This document shows positions 38,486 through 48,263 of a stretch of DNA of 64,000 nucleotides, in pieces. Positions within the stretch are counted from its first letter, which is position 1. Every line of letters begins with the position of its first letter. A program made the position numbers and the translations under genes. The notes below the pieces were generated by a model. It was not told the origin of the DNA and did no database searches. It was given only the letters and a program-made list of their open reading frames with translations. Source of the DNA: Cyanophyceae cyanobacterium (lineage in GTDB: Bacteria; Cyanobacteriota; Cyanobacteriia; Cyanobacteriales; JBHJGN01); assembly GCA_050331735.1 (NCBI GenBank), contig JBHJGN010000019.1, positions 64,001 through 128,000 of the forward strand. Direction: 5' to 3'.

Positions 38486-41023
38486 ATGAGCGCTACAGAT
38501 ACAGCGTGGCAAACGGCACCTTTAGAAGTAGAAGATGATCGCACCGGAGTCAGCATCATCACCCTGAGAAGAGCGTTGGCAGATAACCTTTTCTACCTTC
38601 AGGGAAAATTTCCAGCGATCGCCACTCTCAATGATTACTACTTAGCCCTCGCCTACACGGTGCGTGATCGCCTCCTCCACCGCTGGATTAACACCTCGCG
38701 GACCTACCTCAACAAGAACGTAAGAGTGGTGTGCTACTTATCCGCCGAATATTTGGTGGGACCGCATTTAGTCAGAAACCTGATCAATTTAGATATCTAC
38801 GATCGAGTGCGCCAAGCGGTTGAAGCCGCCGGACTCGATTTCCCGACTCTGGCTGAAATTGAAGAAGAACCGGGTTTGGGGAACGGCGGATTGGGTCGCC
38901 TCGCCGCCTGCTACCTAGAATCTTTATCCACTCTAGAAATTCCGGCGATTGGGTACGGCATCCGGTATGAATTTGGCATTTTCGATCAAGAAATTCGCGA
39001 CGGCTGGCAGGTTGAAATTACTGATAAATGGCTTCAATTCGGCAATCCCTGGGAAATTCCTCGCCCAGAGTATAGCGTTGGGGTCAAATTTGGCGGTTAT
39101 ACCGAACCGTATACCGACGCACAGGGCAACTACCGGGTGCGCTGGATTCCCCATACCCTTGCTAAGGGAATTCCTTACGATACACCGATTCCGGGATACA
39201 AGGTCAATACCGCGAATACTCTTCGTCTTTGGAAAGCTGAAGCCCCTGAATCTTTTGATCTTCAGGCATTTAACGTCGGAGATTACTACGGGGCGGTAAA
39301 CGAGAAGGTGGTATCGGAAAACCTCACCAAAGTGCTGTATCCTAACGACGAACTGCTCCAGGGAAAAGAACTGCGTTTAGGACAACAGTACTTCTTTGTT
39401 TCCTGTGCTCTCCAAGATGCCATTCGCATTCACACCCTGGACGGAGATGGCTTGAACAATTTTCACGAAAAATTTACCTTTCAGCTCAACGATACCCATC
39501 CCTCGGTGAGCGTGTCTGAACTGATGCGGCTGTTAGTAGACGAGCATCACCTAGACTGGGAGCAGGCGTGGCACATCACTCAGAATACCTTTGCCTTCAC
39601 CAACCATACTCTCTTGCCCGAGGCTTTAGAAAAGTGGTCCCTGAAACTGTTTGGGAATCTCCTCCCGAGGCACTTAGAAATCATTTATGAAATCAACCAT
39701 CGCTTTCTCAATCGGGTCCGCACGAAATATCACGGAGACCCGGAGAAGGTGTCGCGGCTGTCGCTGATCGATGAAGATGGAGAAAGATACCTGCGGATGG
39801 CCCATCTTGCCTGTGTGGGCAGCTATGCTATCAACGGAGTTTCTCAACTGCACACAGACCTCCTCAAACAAGATGTGCTCAAGGATTTCTACGAACTGAC
39901 CCCGAAGAAATTCAGCAATAAAACCAACGGCGTGACACCGCGCCGCTGGATGGTGATGAGCAATCCCAAACTCGCCAACCTGATTACCCAGAAGATCGGC
40001 GATCGCTGGATTAAACATCTGCAAGACCTGAAACATCTAGAAGATTTCGTTGATGATGGCGCGTTTCGCCAGGAATGGCAGCAAGTGAAACGGTCCGTCA
40101 AGGACGACCTCAGTGACTATGTTCGGCAGCGTGTTGGTCTTCAGGTCAACCCAGACTCGCTGTTCGATATTCAGGTGAAGCGCATCCACGAGTATAAGCG
40201 CCAGCACCTCAACGTTCTCTATATTGTTACTCTCTACAATCGCCTCAAGCGCAACCAGAACCTGGAAATTGCTCCTCGCACCTTTCTGTTTGGGGGCAAG
40301 GCGGCTCCCGGCTACTATAGGGCCAAACTGATTATCAAGCTGATTAACTCCGTGGCGGATGTTGTCAATAGCGACCCGGACGTTAGCGATCGCCTCAAAG
40401 TCGTCTTTCTTCCAGACTACAACGTTAAGCTAGGTCAGCGAGTGTATCCGGCTGCCGATCTTTCTGAGCAAGTTTCGATGGCTGGCAAAGAAGCCTCGGG
40501 TACTGGCAACATGAAATTTGCCCTCAATGGGGCGTTGACTATCGGCACTTTAGATGGAGCCAACGTCGAGATCCGAGAAGCCGTCGGGGCAGAAAACTTT
40601 TTCCTGTTTGGCTTAACGGCTCAAGAAGTCACTCAGCGCAAAGCGCAAGGCTATACTCCCCGAGATTACTATCACGCCAATGCTGAACTGCGAGAAACGC
40701 TCGACCTGATTCGGTCTGGGTTTTTCTCCGGCGGCGATGCAGACTTATTCAAACCGCTGGTGGATTCCCTCCTCGACCGCGACGAATATATGCTGCTGGC
40801 CGACTATCAATCTTACCTAGACAGTCAAGAACGGGTTAATCAAGCTTATCGCGACCACGAAAACTGGACGCGGATGTCCATTTTGACAGTAGCGCGGATG
40901 GGCGGTTTTTCCGCTGACCGCGCTATTCGAGAATACTGCCAAGATATTTGGAAGGTTGATTCTGTGCCGATTGAGCTGGAGGAGTATGTCCAGAAGGATG
41001 CTGGCTTAAAGGTAGACCAATAG
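38486..41023 (+). CDS. glgP: Glycogen/starch/alpha-glucan phosphorylase
   Basis: GLGNGGLGRLAAC, QLNDTHP, KRIHEYKRQ, EASGTGNMKF (PLP Lys). Confidence 0.97.
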   Translation: MSATDTAWQTAPLEVEDDRTGVSIITLRRALADNLFYLQGKFPAIATLNDYYLALAYTVRDRLLHRWINTSRTYLNKNVRVVCYLSAEYLVGPHLVRNLINLDIYDRVRQAVEAAGLDFPTLAEIEEEPGLGNGGLGRLAACYLESLSTLEIPAIGYGIRYEFGIFDQEIRDGWQVEITDKWLQFGNPWEIPRPEYSVGVKFGGYTEPYTDAQGNYRVRWIPHTLAKGIPYDTPIPGYKVNTANTLRLWKAEAPESFDLQAFNVGDYYGAVNEKVVSENLTKVLYPNDELLQGKELRLGQQYFFVSCALQDAIRIHTLDGDGLNNFHEKFTFQLNDTHPSVSVSELMRLLVDEHHLDWEQAWHITQNTFAFTNHTLLPEALEKWSLKLFGNLLPRHLEIIYEINHRFLNRVRTKYHGDPEKVSRLSLIDEDGERYLRMAHLACVGSYAINGVSQLHTDLLKQDVLKDFYELTPKKFSNKTNGVTPRRWMVMSNPKLANLITQKIGDRWIKHLQDLKHLEDFVDDGAFRQEWQQVKRSVKDDLSDYVRQRVGLQVNPDSLFDIQVKRIHEYKRQHLNVLYIVTLYNRLKRNQNLEIAPRTFLFGGKAAPGYYRAKLIIKLINSVADVVNSDPDVSDRLKVVFLPDYNVKLGQRVYPAADLSEQVSMAGKEASGTGNMKFALNGALTIGTLDGANVEIREAVGAENFFLFGLTAQEVTQRKAQGYTPRDYYHANAELRETLDLIRSGFFSGGDADLFKPLVDSLLDRDEYMLLADYQSYLDSQERVNQAYRDHENWTRMSILTVARMGGFSADRAIREYCQDIWKVDSVPIELEEYVQKDAGLKVDQ

Positions 41024-41114
41024 TCCGGAGGACGACAGATTTACCAATAGTCGATATCTCTCTATTCTCCTTGCTAGGCTAGAAGAAACGCATTGATAGA
41101 TTTTGAGGAGAACC

Positions 41115-41342
41115 ATGCCACATACCATCGTTACCGAAACCTGCGAAGGAGTCGCAGATTGTGTTGATGCTTGCCCAGTTGCCTGTATTCATCCTGGCCC
41201 GGGTAAAAATATAAAGGGAATGGACTGGTACTGGATTGATTTTGCCACCTGCATAGATTGCGGCATTTGTCTACAGGTTTGCCCGGTTGAAGGCGCAATT
41301 GTTGCTGAAGAACGTCCTGAACTGCAAAAAACACCACAATAG
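41115..41342 (+). CDS. Bacterial-type dicluster ferredoxin
   Basis: CEGVADCVDACPVACI...CIDCGICLQVCPV; GAGGAG RBS before ATG 41115. Confidence 0.92.
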   Translation: MPHTIVTETCEGVADCVDACPVACIHPGPGKNIKGMDWYWIDFATCIDCGICLQVCPVEGAIVAEERPELQKTPQ

Positions 41343-41347
41343 TCTAA

Positions 41348-41645
41348 GCGCCTGCGGCGCGGGAGAAGGGAAAATAGTTCCTCCGGAACGGGGAAAGGGA
41401 AAAGGGGAAGGGGGAAAGGAAATCATTGATCAGTTTCGTCCTTTATTGATCTTCTTGTCCTCGTTACCAAAAAAAGACGGGCATTTTGCCCGCTTCGATT
41501 GCTGATTCTAGCCAAAGAAGTCCCCCCTTTCCCCTTTTCCCGTCTCGAAGAGACAAATTCCCCTTTCCCCTTTTCCCGTCTCGAAGAGACAAATTCCCCT
41601 TTCCCCGTCCCGGAGGGACAAGTCATTCCCCCGTCGCTGAGCGAC
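41348..41645. repeat. Composite intergenic repeat with six 13-nt hairpins, including a 36-bp tandem duplication
   Basis: Hairpins at 41348, 41377 (+) and 41542, 41578, 41607, 41633 (-); G-rich arm followed by C-rich arm. Confidence 0.85.
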
Positions 41646-41704
41646 TTTTATCGGTAGAATTGCTATGATTTTGATCTTATTAGTTAATCCCTTATTTGCT
41701 GCCA

Positions 41705-42442
41705 ATGACCAATTTGCTAGAAGTTAACGATGTTTATGCAGGGTATATTCAGGATTTAAATATTCTGCAAGGGATTAATTTTAGAATCTCTTCTGGAGAG
41801 CTAGTCACGGTCATTGGTCCGAATGGGGCTGGTAAATCGACCCTTGCTAAGGCTATTTTTGGTTTACTCAAGCCAAACCAGGGCAAGATTACGTTTAAAG
41901 GGAAAGATATTACCGGATTAAAGTCCGACCAGATTGTGCGTCGGGGCATGTGCTACGTTCCCCAAATTTCTAACGTCTTTCCCACCTTATCGGTAGAAGA
42001 AAACCTAGAAATGGGGGCTTTCATCAGTAGCGATCCTCTCAAGCCCCTCAAAGGCTCAATTTTCGAGATGTTTCCTGCTCTAGCCGACCGCCGTCGCCAA
42101 CGGGCCGGCACTCTTTCTGGAGGAGAACGACAAATGTTAGCGATGGGGCGAGCGTTAATGCTCGATCCAGACCTGCTGATTTTGGACGAACCCTCGGCAG
42201 CTTTATCGCCTATGCTCGTTAACACAGTCTTTGAGCGGATTCAAACCATTAATCAAACCGGCAAAGCCATTATCCTCGTTGAGCAAAATGCTAAAAAGGC
42301 GCTGATGATGGCGCATCGAGGCTACGTATTAGAAAATGGACGCGATCGCTTTGAAGGCCCTGGTCAAGAGTTGTTAAACGACCCCAAGGTAGGAGAGCTA
42401 TATCTGGGGGCTGCCTTTGAATCCGCGACTCAGGAAGACTAA
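41705..42442 (+). CDS. livF: Branched-chain/neutral amino-acid ABC transporter ATP-binding subunit (LivF/NatE-like)
   Basis: GPNGAGKST, LSGGERQMLAMGRALM, LILDEPS, LVEQNA. Confidence 0.88.
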   Translation: MTNLLEVNDVYAGYIQDLNILQGINFRISSGELVTVIGPNGAGKSTLAKAIFGLLKPNQGKITFKGKDITGLKSDQIVRRGMCYVPQISNVFPTLSVEENLEMGAFISSDPLKPLKGSIFEMFPALADRRRQRAGTLSGGERQMLAMGRALMLDPDLLILDEPSAALSPMLVNTVFERIQTINQTGKAIILVEQNAKKALMMAHRGYVLENGRDRFEGPGQELLNDPKVGELYLGAAFESATQED

Positions 42443-42460
42443 CCGAGAGGCAAAGGGTAA

Positions 42461-42506
42461 GTCGCTCCGCGACGGGGAAAGGGAAAGGGGAAAAGGAGAA
42501 AGGGGA
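42461..42506 (+). repeat. 13-nt hairpin + GGGGAAA tract
   Basis: GTCGC-tcc-GCGAC 42461-42473 followed by ggggaaagggaaaggggaaaagg. Confidence 0.8.
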
Positions 42507-42783
42507 TTTAATTGCTTCGTGTTTACGCTCAGGCTATGCACATTACTCAAACAAACAGAGGCTAATATTAAAACCACATCCCTAGCTAGCTTGTGAATTT
42601 TAAATAGGTATTAATATTAAATCTGTCTAAATAGCCATAATTAGGACATCAGGTTCAACTAAAAGTTAGTAATTAGTCGCGATTCAGTCAAGACATCCCA
42701 CTAACCACTAACTCAACGTTCCCTCTCAAATAACAACTCATCAAGCGGTAATATAATTCCTCAACTCTTTATCTGTCAGGACA

Positions 42784-43146
42784 ATGAAAATTACTCAATG
42801 TCTTCATACAGCGCTTCTTGTTTCTGATTTAGACAAAGCCGAGCAGTTTTATAGCCAGACTTTGGGGCTCCCTAAAGTAGATCGCTCCCTCAATTATCCC
42901 GGCGCTTGGTATCAGATTGGGGAGCATCAGCTTCATCTGATGGTTCATCCCAATTTCAAAACAGAGCCACACAATCAAGAAAAGAGGGGGCGTAATCCTC
43001 ACGTGGCCTTTGCCGTCGATAATTTAGATGAAGCCAAACAGCGTCTCCTCTCTGGAGGATACGGTCTTCAGATGAGTTCCTCCGGTCGCGCGGCTTTGTT
43101 TACTCAAGACCCGGACGGCAATATTATCGAAATTAGCCAGATATAA
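42784..43146 (+). CDS. VOC (glyoxalase/bleomycin resistance) family protein
   Basis: LHTALLVSDL...FY...LGL, HVAFAV, FTQDPDGNIIEI. Confidence 0.9.
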   Translation: MKITQCLHTALLVSDLDKAEQFYSQTLGLPKVDRSLNYPGAWYQIGEHQLHLMVHPNFKTEPHNQEKRGRNPHVAFAVDNLDEAKQRLLSGGYGLQMSSSGRAALFTQDPDGNIIEISQI

Positions 43147-43329
43147 GTGGCTGGGTAGAATTGATTCTAGATGGAATAGTGGCCAAGAGCTATTAGCTTT
43201 CCCCGCTTGTCTCCGTTTTCAAACGACTCCTTAAAACCTCGGAATTCGCACTCTAGGAAAAGGTTAAACAGCAGGGAACTATCCTCAAAATTTCTCCTTT
43301 TCCCCACGCCTACAGCATTCCCCGTTTCT

Positions 43330-44637
43330 ATGATTTATGCTTATTTGTACAGCGAGCCACTGTTAGACTCTCTGCCTGATTTGGCAGATTGGATGTCAGC
43401 AGCGAACAAGGTGTATCATGATTTGGGTGAGCGAGAACAGTGGGGGCAGCTTTTAGCAGATTGTCAAATCGATCCTCCAGCTCGCTTGCTGCTCCGCAGT
43501 CTAGACGAACTCGGAGATACTCCAGCAGAGGTCAGCGATCGCCTCGCCCAGATTGAAGCGCTTGGCATCGACGTGCTGGCTACTGAGCAACCCTACCGTT
43601 CTGCTCAACTCAATGCCGCTAGCCCCACCGAGATGAGAGCGCAGTTGGCTAGCTTGCTTCAGGAAGTCCAGCAGCATCAACAGCGTCGTCTGCTGCGCCA
43701 AGGTCACGCCCGCAACCGCCTCAACTTTCTGCCGCCGCCGGGGAAAGCGCCCTACGGCTATCGTCGCGGCAAAGACCGCTACGTTATTGACCGCAGTACC
43801 GCTCCGGTGGTCAAAGATTTTTTTGAGCATTTTCTGCTCTACGGCTCTTTACGAGGAGCGGTTCGCTATCTAGAGAAACGCTACGGCAAGAAAATTGCGG
43901 TTTCGACAGGTCGCCGCTGGTTAACCAACCCAGTTTATCGAGGGAATTTGGTGTACCGCAACGGAGACGTGATTGCCGATACCCACGCTCCCATTCTCCC
44001 TAAAGACGAAGCAGCGCAAGTGGATCGCCTGCTGCGACGCAACAGCCGTCTCCCGACGCGAACCGCCAGCGCTCCTCGTTCGCTGGCCGGATTGGTGGTT
44101 TGCCAGAAGTGTCAGACGAGGATGAAGATTACTCGCGTCACAGCTAGAGGTAAACCGAAAGAGTATCTGTATCTGCGCCCGATTCACTGCCCGCGACAGC
44201 GCCGGTGTCAGGCGATTCCCTACTCAGAAGTGCTGCAACAGACTATTAAGAAGATTTGCCAAGAGCTACCGCGCTCCGTTGCCCGGTTAGATATCGGCAA
44301 AGTAGGGAAAGCCAAGGAGCAAATCCTGGCTCAGATCGAGCAAAAACGAGCCGCAAGCGAGCAGCTATCAGAATTAATTGCGCAGGGGATTCTCGACCCT
44401 GAAACCGCCACCCTCCGCCGCTATAAGCTCCGGACAGAAATGGCTCAGCTTCAGTCCCAGAGTGCCCAACTGCCTCCGGAGAATTTAAGAGCGATCGCGC
44501 AAACTGTTTCTTTTCCTCAATTCTGGCTCGACCTCTCCGAGGCGGAACGACGATTCTACTTTCGGGAGTTCATTCGGCAAATCGCTATCGTCCGTACTGA
44601 TACAGACTGGCATTTAGCACTGGTGTTCATTTTCTGA
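43330..44637 (+). CDS. Large serine recombinase-like protein (resolvase-like + recombinase + Zn-ribbon) with degenerate catalytic motif
   Basis: APYGY, GSLRGAVRYL, WLTNPVYRG, LAGLVVCQKC, coiled coil; N-terminus YAYLYSEP and LDELGD in place of YxRxS and DRLxR. Confidence 0.85.
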   Translation: MIYAYLYSEPLLDSLPDLADWMSAANKVYHDLGEREQWGQLLADCQIDPPARLLLRSLDELGDTPAEVSDRLAQIEALGIDVLATEQPYRSAQLNAASPTEMRAQLASLLQEVQQHQQRRLLRQGHARNRLNFLPPPGKAPYGYRRGKDRYVIDRSTAPVVKDFFEHFLLYGSLRGAVRYLEKRYGKKIAVSTGRRWLTNPVYRGNLVYRNGDVIADTHAPILPKDEAAQVDRLLRRNSRLPTRTASAPRSLAGLVVCQKCQTRMKITRVTARGKPKEYLYLRPIHCPRQRRCQAIPYSEVLQQTIKKICQELPRSVARLDIGKVGKAKEQILAQIEQKRAASEQLSELIAQGILDPETATLRRYKLRTEMAQLQSQSAQLPPENLRAIAQTVSFPQFWLDLSEAERRFYFREFIRQIAIVRTDTDWHLALVFIF

Positions 44638-46215
44638 TCAAACAACGTCAGAACTCGCGGCAGAAACGGGAGCGATCGCTGATTCCAGCAGCGACTCACT
44701 TCCCGTCCACGACTCTGCCTGCAAGCTCGACCGCCCACTATTTTCTATAAAGCTCAGCCGTCCTCGCTCATCCCCGTCGAGGGTAAAATCCCCCCCCACA
44801 ATGGCATCTTCGTCGCCATCTCCATCTACATCAGCAAAGCTGGGAGCCGCATAGAAGCCCACATCAACGGACCGAAACGGATTGCCGCTAATCACTTCGG
44901 TAAATGTACCGCCGTTGTTGCGATAGTAGCGAGTGCGTCCAAACACTTCCCCAATCAGCGCATCTTCATCGCCGTCTCCGTCTACATCGCCAAAAGCAGG
45001 GACGCTGAAGTAACCAACATCCACGCCGTTGAGGGGATTGAAAGTGCCGCGTCTAGGCACAAACCGCCCGTTTTCGTTACGGTAGTAGGCGACCGTCCCG
45101 TCCGCCAGCCCTAAGAACGCATCGATGTCGCCGTCTCCATCAACGTTGGCAAAGGTAATATTGCTGTAGCTGCCGGTATCGACGCTGCTAAAAGGGTTGT
45201 TGCCTCCGGATTTTTCTACAAACCCATCCTCGTCATTGTTGCGATAGAAACCGATGGTGCCGTCGAACTCACCGACGAACAAATCAGCATCTCCATCGCC
45301 CTCAAAATCTACCAGATGGGGAGTACTCACGAAGCCAACATCAATTTCTTCAAAGGGGTTGCGATCATCGGTAATGCTCACAAAACTGTTATTCTCGTTG
45401 CGGTAATAAAACAGTTCGCCATTGATTTCGCCGACAACCGCATCCAAATCCCCATCATCATCGAGGTCAGCAAAGGCCGGAACGGGACTAGAACTAATTT
45501 GCAATCCAGCTAAGGGAATGCTGGCTTCAAGACTAGATGACCGCGCCCGGGTCGTGTTCAGAATTTGGGCATTCAGCGGCGAGGGGAACTGCCTCGTTCC
45601 AGGAGGCAGGGCAGCATTCATTAAGTCATTGGGAACTGAGGCCGCGTCAATATGACTTAAGTCATTGGTGAGGGGGGCGGTAAAGTCATTCCCAACAAAT
45701 ACCGGATCGCTGTCAGCGTTGCGAACGTATTGATCGAACTCAGCATAGCCGCCGATAAATCCTGCCAGATGTCCAATTTCGTGTAGAACAGTCGTGAGCA
45801 GATCGTATCTGCCATAGGCTTCTGAATTGACAGTGGCTAGAGCAGATTGAGAAGTAAGACGGCCAAATTCGGAGCGCTCTTCAGGAGTCGGATCAACAAA
45901 CCAGCCAGTGCCGTTAGCGTTATCATCAACAATGATAGTACCGCCGTTAAGTTCGCCTTCCCCGTCAATCGTCACCAGCGCTTCAGCGAGCGTTCCCACA
46001 GGAAGATCTTCAATCTCGTAGTCAATATCTAGGGAAATTTGCGGATTGAGAAGCTCGTTCCAGATATCTAAGGCCGCATCTCCGATGCGCTCAATGGCTG
46101 ACTCGGTTAAATTATGGCTGTTATTGCTCATCAGTGACTGATAGATAGCTGTCGCTTCTGCGGACAACGCAGACAAAAAACGATGCTGTCTGCTTCTAGG
46201 ACGGCTATCCTTCAT
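44638..46215 (-). CDS. Extracellular-type protein: HExxH zincin-like domain + FG-GAP/VCBS repeats
   Basis: YDLLTTVLHEIGHLAG; five PAFADLDDDGDLDA-type repeats; start uncertain. Confidence 0.75.
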   Translation of the reverse strand: MKDSRPRSRQHRFLSALSAEATAIYQSLMSNNSHNLTESAIERIGDAALDIWNELLNPQISLDIDYEIEDLPVGTLAEALVTIDGEGELNGGTIIVDDNANGTGWFVDPTPEERSEFGRLTSQSALATVNSEAYGRYDLLTTVLHEIGHLAGFIGGYAEFDQYVRNADSDPVFVGNDFTAPLTNDLSHIDAASVPNDLMNAALPPGTRQFPSPLNAQILNTTRARSSSLEASIPLAGLQISSSPVPAFADLDDDGDLDAVVGEINGELFYYRNENNSFVSITDDRNPFEEIDVGFVSTPHLVDFEGDGDADLFVGEFDGTIGFYRNNDEDGFVEKSGGNNPFSSVDTGSYSNITFANVDGDGDIDAFLGLADGTVAYYRNENGRFVPRRGTFNPLNGVDVGYFSVPAFGDVDGDGDEDALIGEVFGRTRYYRNNGGTFTEVISGNPFRSVDVGFYAAPSFADVDGDGDEDAIVGGDFTLDGDERGRLSFIENSGRSSLQAESWTGSESLLESAIAPVSAASSDVV

Positions 46216-46263
46216 AAAGTGTTTAGAGTGATACTACGTTTTGACCGTAGTGATGTATCAATA

Positions 46264-46749
46264 CTAACCGTTTTCCTTAAAACCGAAGTCGAGAATCAGA
46301 GTTGGGGCCAAACAGCGCTCAGCAAAAGGAGATTGGGACGACATAGAGAATAACCGTTCCAGAAAAAAATCTCTCGTTGCTGGCTTTAGCCATCCCTTCA
46401 TCACGGCTAAAACCCCAAAGCGAATTGGCTGGTCCTGTTGTTCTTGCACAATGGTGTTGACTTGATCCTCAGTGAGTAAAGCTGCCTGCTGCCAGTAGAA
46501 GCCAATGGGATACCGGGTAGAAGTATTCAAGAATAAAGCCCATTGCTCAACAAAAAAGTCCGCCGTTTTCTGTTTTAGCCAACCCCGCAGGGACAAGATT
46601 TCTCCGAGGTTGAGGTCGCGGTACTGAAGCTGGTCTCGCAGCGCGACATCGATTTGTGCTGCCGACACTAAACCAGCCTGCTGCAACACCTCACCGAGGG
46701 GCTCGACTGTAGCGGACATTTTAGTGTGAATCATCGGTGGATACGGCAT
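46264..46749 (-). CDS. Protein of two tandem MshEN-like modules
   Basis: PLGEVLQQAGLVS..QIDVAL.DQ...LGEIL..RGWL...TADFF, repeated once in divergent form. Confidence 0.65.
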   Translation of the reverse strand: MPYPPMIHTKMSATVEPLGEVLQQAGLVSAAQIDVALRDQLQYRDLNLGEILSLRGWLKQKTADFFVEQWALFLNTSTRYPIGFYWQQAALLTEDQVNTIVQEQQDQPIRFGVLAVMKGWLKPATRDFFLERLFSMSSQSPFAERCLAPTLILDFGFKENG

Positions 46750-47062
46750 GAATTTTAGTGGGGAAGGAAACCGAAGGACTGCTAGACTTAAAGTATGAAG
46801 AAAAAACTAGAAAGCTTAAGCCAACACTAGCGAGCACTACTGCTAGCTGGTGAAAATGTCTATCCATAGTTAAGAGCTACCGTTTTGACCTCCAGTGTAG
46901 TGAGAAATGGGGGAGTTTAGGTGAAGCGTTGATAAAGATATCGATAATTTCTGTAAATTCTGGGAAAAACTTTAAAAGCGATGGAAAGGAAAAGGGGAGT
47001 TGAGAGTTTTGAGCCTATTCAAAGAAGTCGCTGAAGTCAGCTTTCGGCTGTTCCTATCAACT

Positions 47063-47251
47063 CTATCTGCCAGCTCTCAAGACTTGTTTAGCGGTTAGCT
47101 TCAACCTTGAGAAGGTCGGAGAAATGATAGGCTGATTGCCTCGAAACTGCTGAATTTTATACTCTCCGTTCATCAGAATACAGATAGAAAGGGTGGGGGA
47201 TATTGGCTTCCCAATGTAGCGAGTAACATCGAGCCCTGCGTAGTCTCCAAT
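47063..47251 (-). pseudogene. 3' remnant of a Uma2-family endonuclease
   Basis: Not in ORF track. DYAGLDVTRYIGKPISPTLSICILMNGEYKIQQFRGNQPIISPTFSRLKLTAKQVLRAGR* resembles a Uma2 C-terminus; in-frame stop upstream. Confidence 0.75.
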
Positions 47252-47259
47252 TCAATTAG

Positions 47260-47543
47260 AGACTGCCTATTCAAAAAAAACATTTACTACAACAATTGCA
47301 GGAATCATTGAAATAGAGAGAACTAAAAATGAGCGCATCATAAATCAAACGGTTGCGGTCGCCAGTATAGTAATTGGGTCTGCCGCTGTAGCTGCTAACG
47401 TTATTTCCAATTTCGCTGAATCATCAACTTTCACTAATCCTTGGCTGAGTTTTGCGATCGCTTTCTCAACGAGTATTTTCATTGGAGTTATTTTTACTAT
47501 TTTGATTTATTGGTTGAGCAGGGCAATATTTTTCAAGAAATAA
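47260..47543 (+). pseudogene. 3' remnant of a membrane protein with two C-terminal TM helices
   Basis: Open frame without ATG: TIAGIIEIERTKNERIINQTVAVASIVIGSAAVAA...FIGVIFTILIYWLSRAIFFKK*. Confidence 0.55.
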
Positions 47544-47690
47544 GGGAACAGATACTGAGCTTACGGGCAATTTATCTACTGGAATAGTTACTCTGTTAAT
47601 AAAACGGCGCATAATTGTTGATGAATATCTGTCGGTCTATCGCTCAACTTACTCTTCAAAATAGAAGAGCAAGTGGCTCTATCACCAACC

Positions 47691-48263
47691 ATGAACCAGT
47701 CTCTGCCACCAAGTTTCTTTGCACAACTCTATCAAGACAACCCCGATCCTTGGGGATTTGAAACCAGCGAGTATGAAGCGCAAAAATATGCAGCAACCTT
47801 AGCCGCTCTTCCGAAGCCTCGCTACGCCAGAGCTTTTGAAATTGGCGGCTCGATTGGAGTGCTGACTCAAAAACTAGCTGAACGCTGTGACTCTTTGCTG
47901 TCCGTTGATGTTTGCAAACAGGCGCAGCAACGAGCCGTCGAGCGCTGCCGAGAGCTAGCGCACGTCCGTTTCCAAATTATGCAGGTTCCCCTCGCCTATC
48001 CCGAGGAAACCTTTGACCTCACGCTACTGTCGGAGGTAGGCTACTACCTAAGCTGGAGCGACCTTCAGAAAACTCAGCAGCTAATGATCGAGCATTTAGA
48101 GTCGGGCGGTCATCTCCTGCTCGTTCACTGGACTCCAAAAGCCGCTAGCTATCCCCTCACTGGCGATGAAGTACACGACTCGTTTGAGTCGTTATCGGCA
48201 CTAAGGCATCTAGATGGGCGGCGCGACAAGCAGTATCGGCTTGATTTGTTCGAGCGACTCTAG
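47691..48263 (+). CDS. NodS-like SAM-dependent methyltransferase
   Basis: FAQLYQDNPDPWGFETSEYEAQKY, FEIGGSIGVLT, FDLTLLSEVGYY, GGHLLLVHW..YPLTGDEVH. Confidence 0.88.
   Translation: MNQSLPPSFFAQLYQDNPDPWGFETSEYEAQKYAATLAALPKPRYARAFEIGGSIGVLTQKLAERCDSLLSVDVCKQAQQRAVERCRELAHVRFQIMQVPLAYPEETFDLTLLSEVGYYLSWSDLQKTQQLMIEHLESGGHLLLVHWTPKAASYPLTGDEVHDSFESLSALRHLDGRRDKQYRLDLFERL

Noticed and set aside
41520..41620. 36-bp periodic repeat as a mini CRISPR array
   Set aside because: Units are directly tandem with no unique spacers and belong to the dispersed hairpin/G-tract family; no cas genes nearby.
41287..41705. Short ORFs with GKGE/FPFP repeats (also 13615..13902, 56235..56546, 57737..57928)
   Set aside because: Translations of GGGGAAA/TTTCCCC repeat tracts, not credible genes.
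43207..46749. Prophage or integrative element anchored on the recombinase
   Set aside because: No phage or conjugation genes, no att-like direct repeats seen, and the catalytic motif is degenerate.
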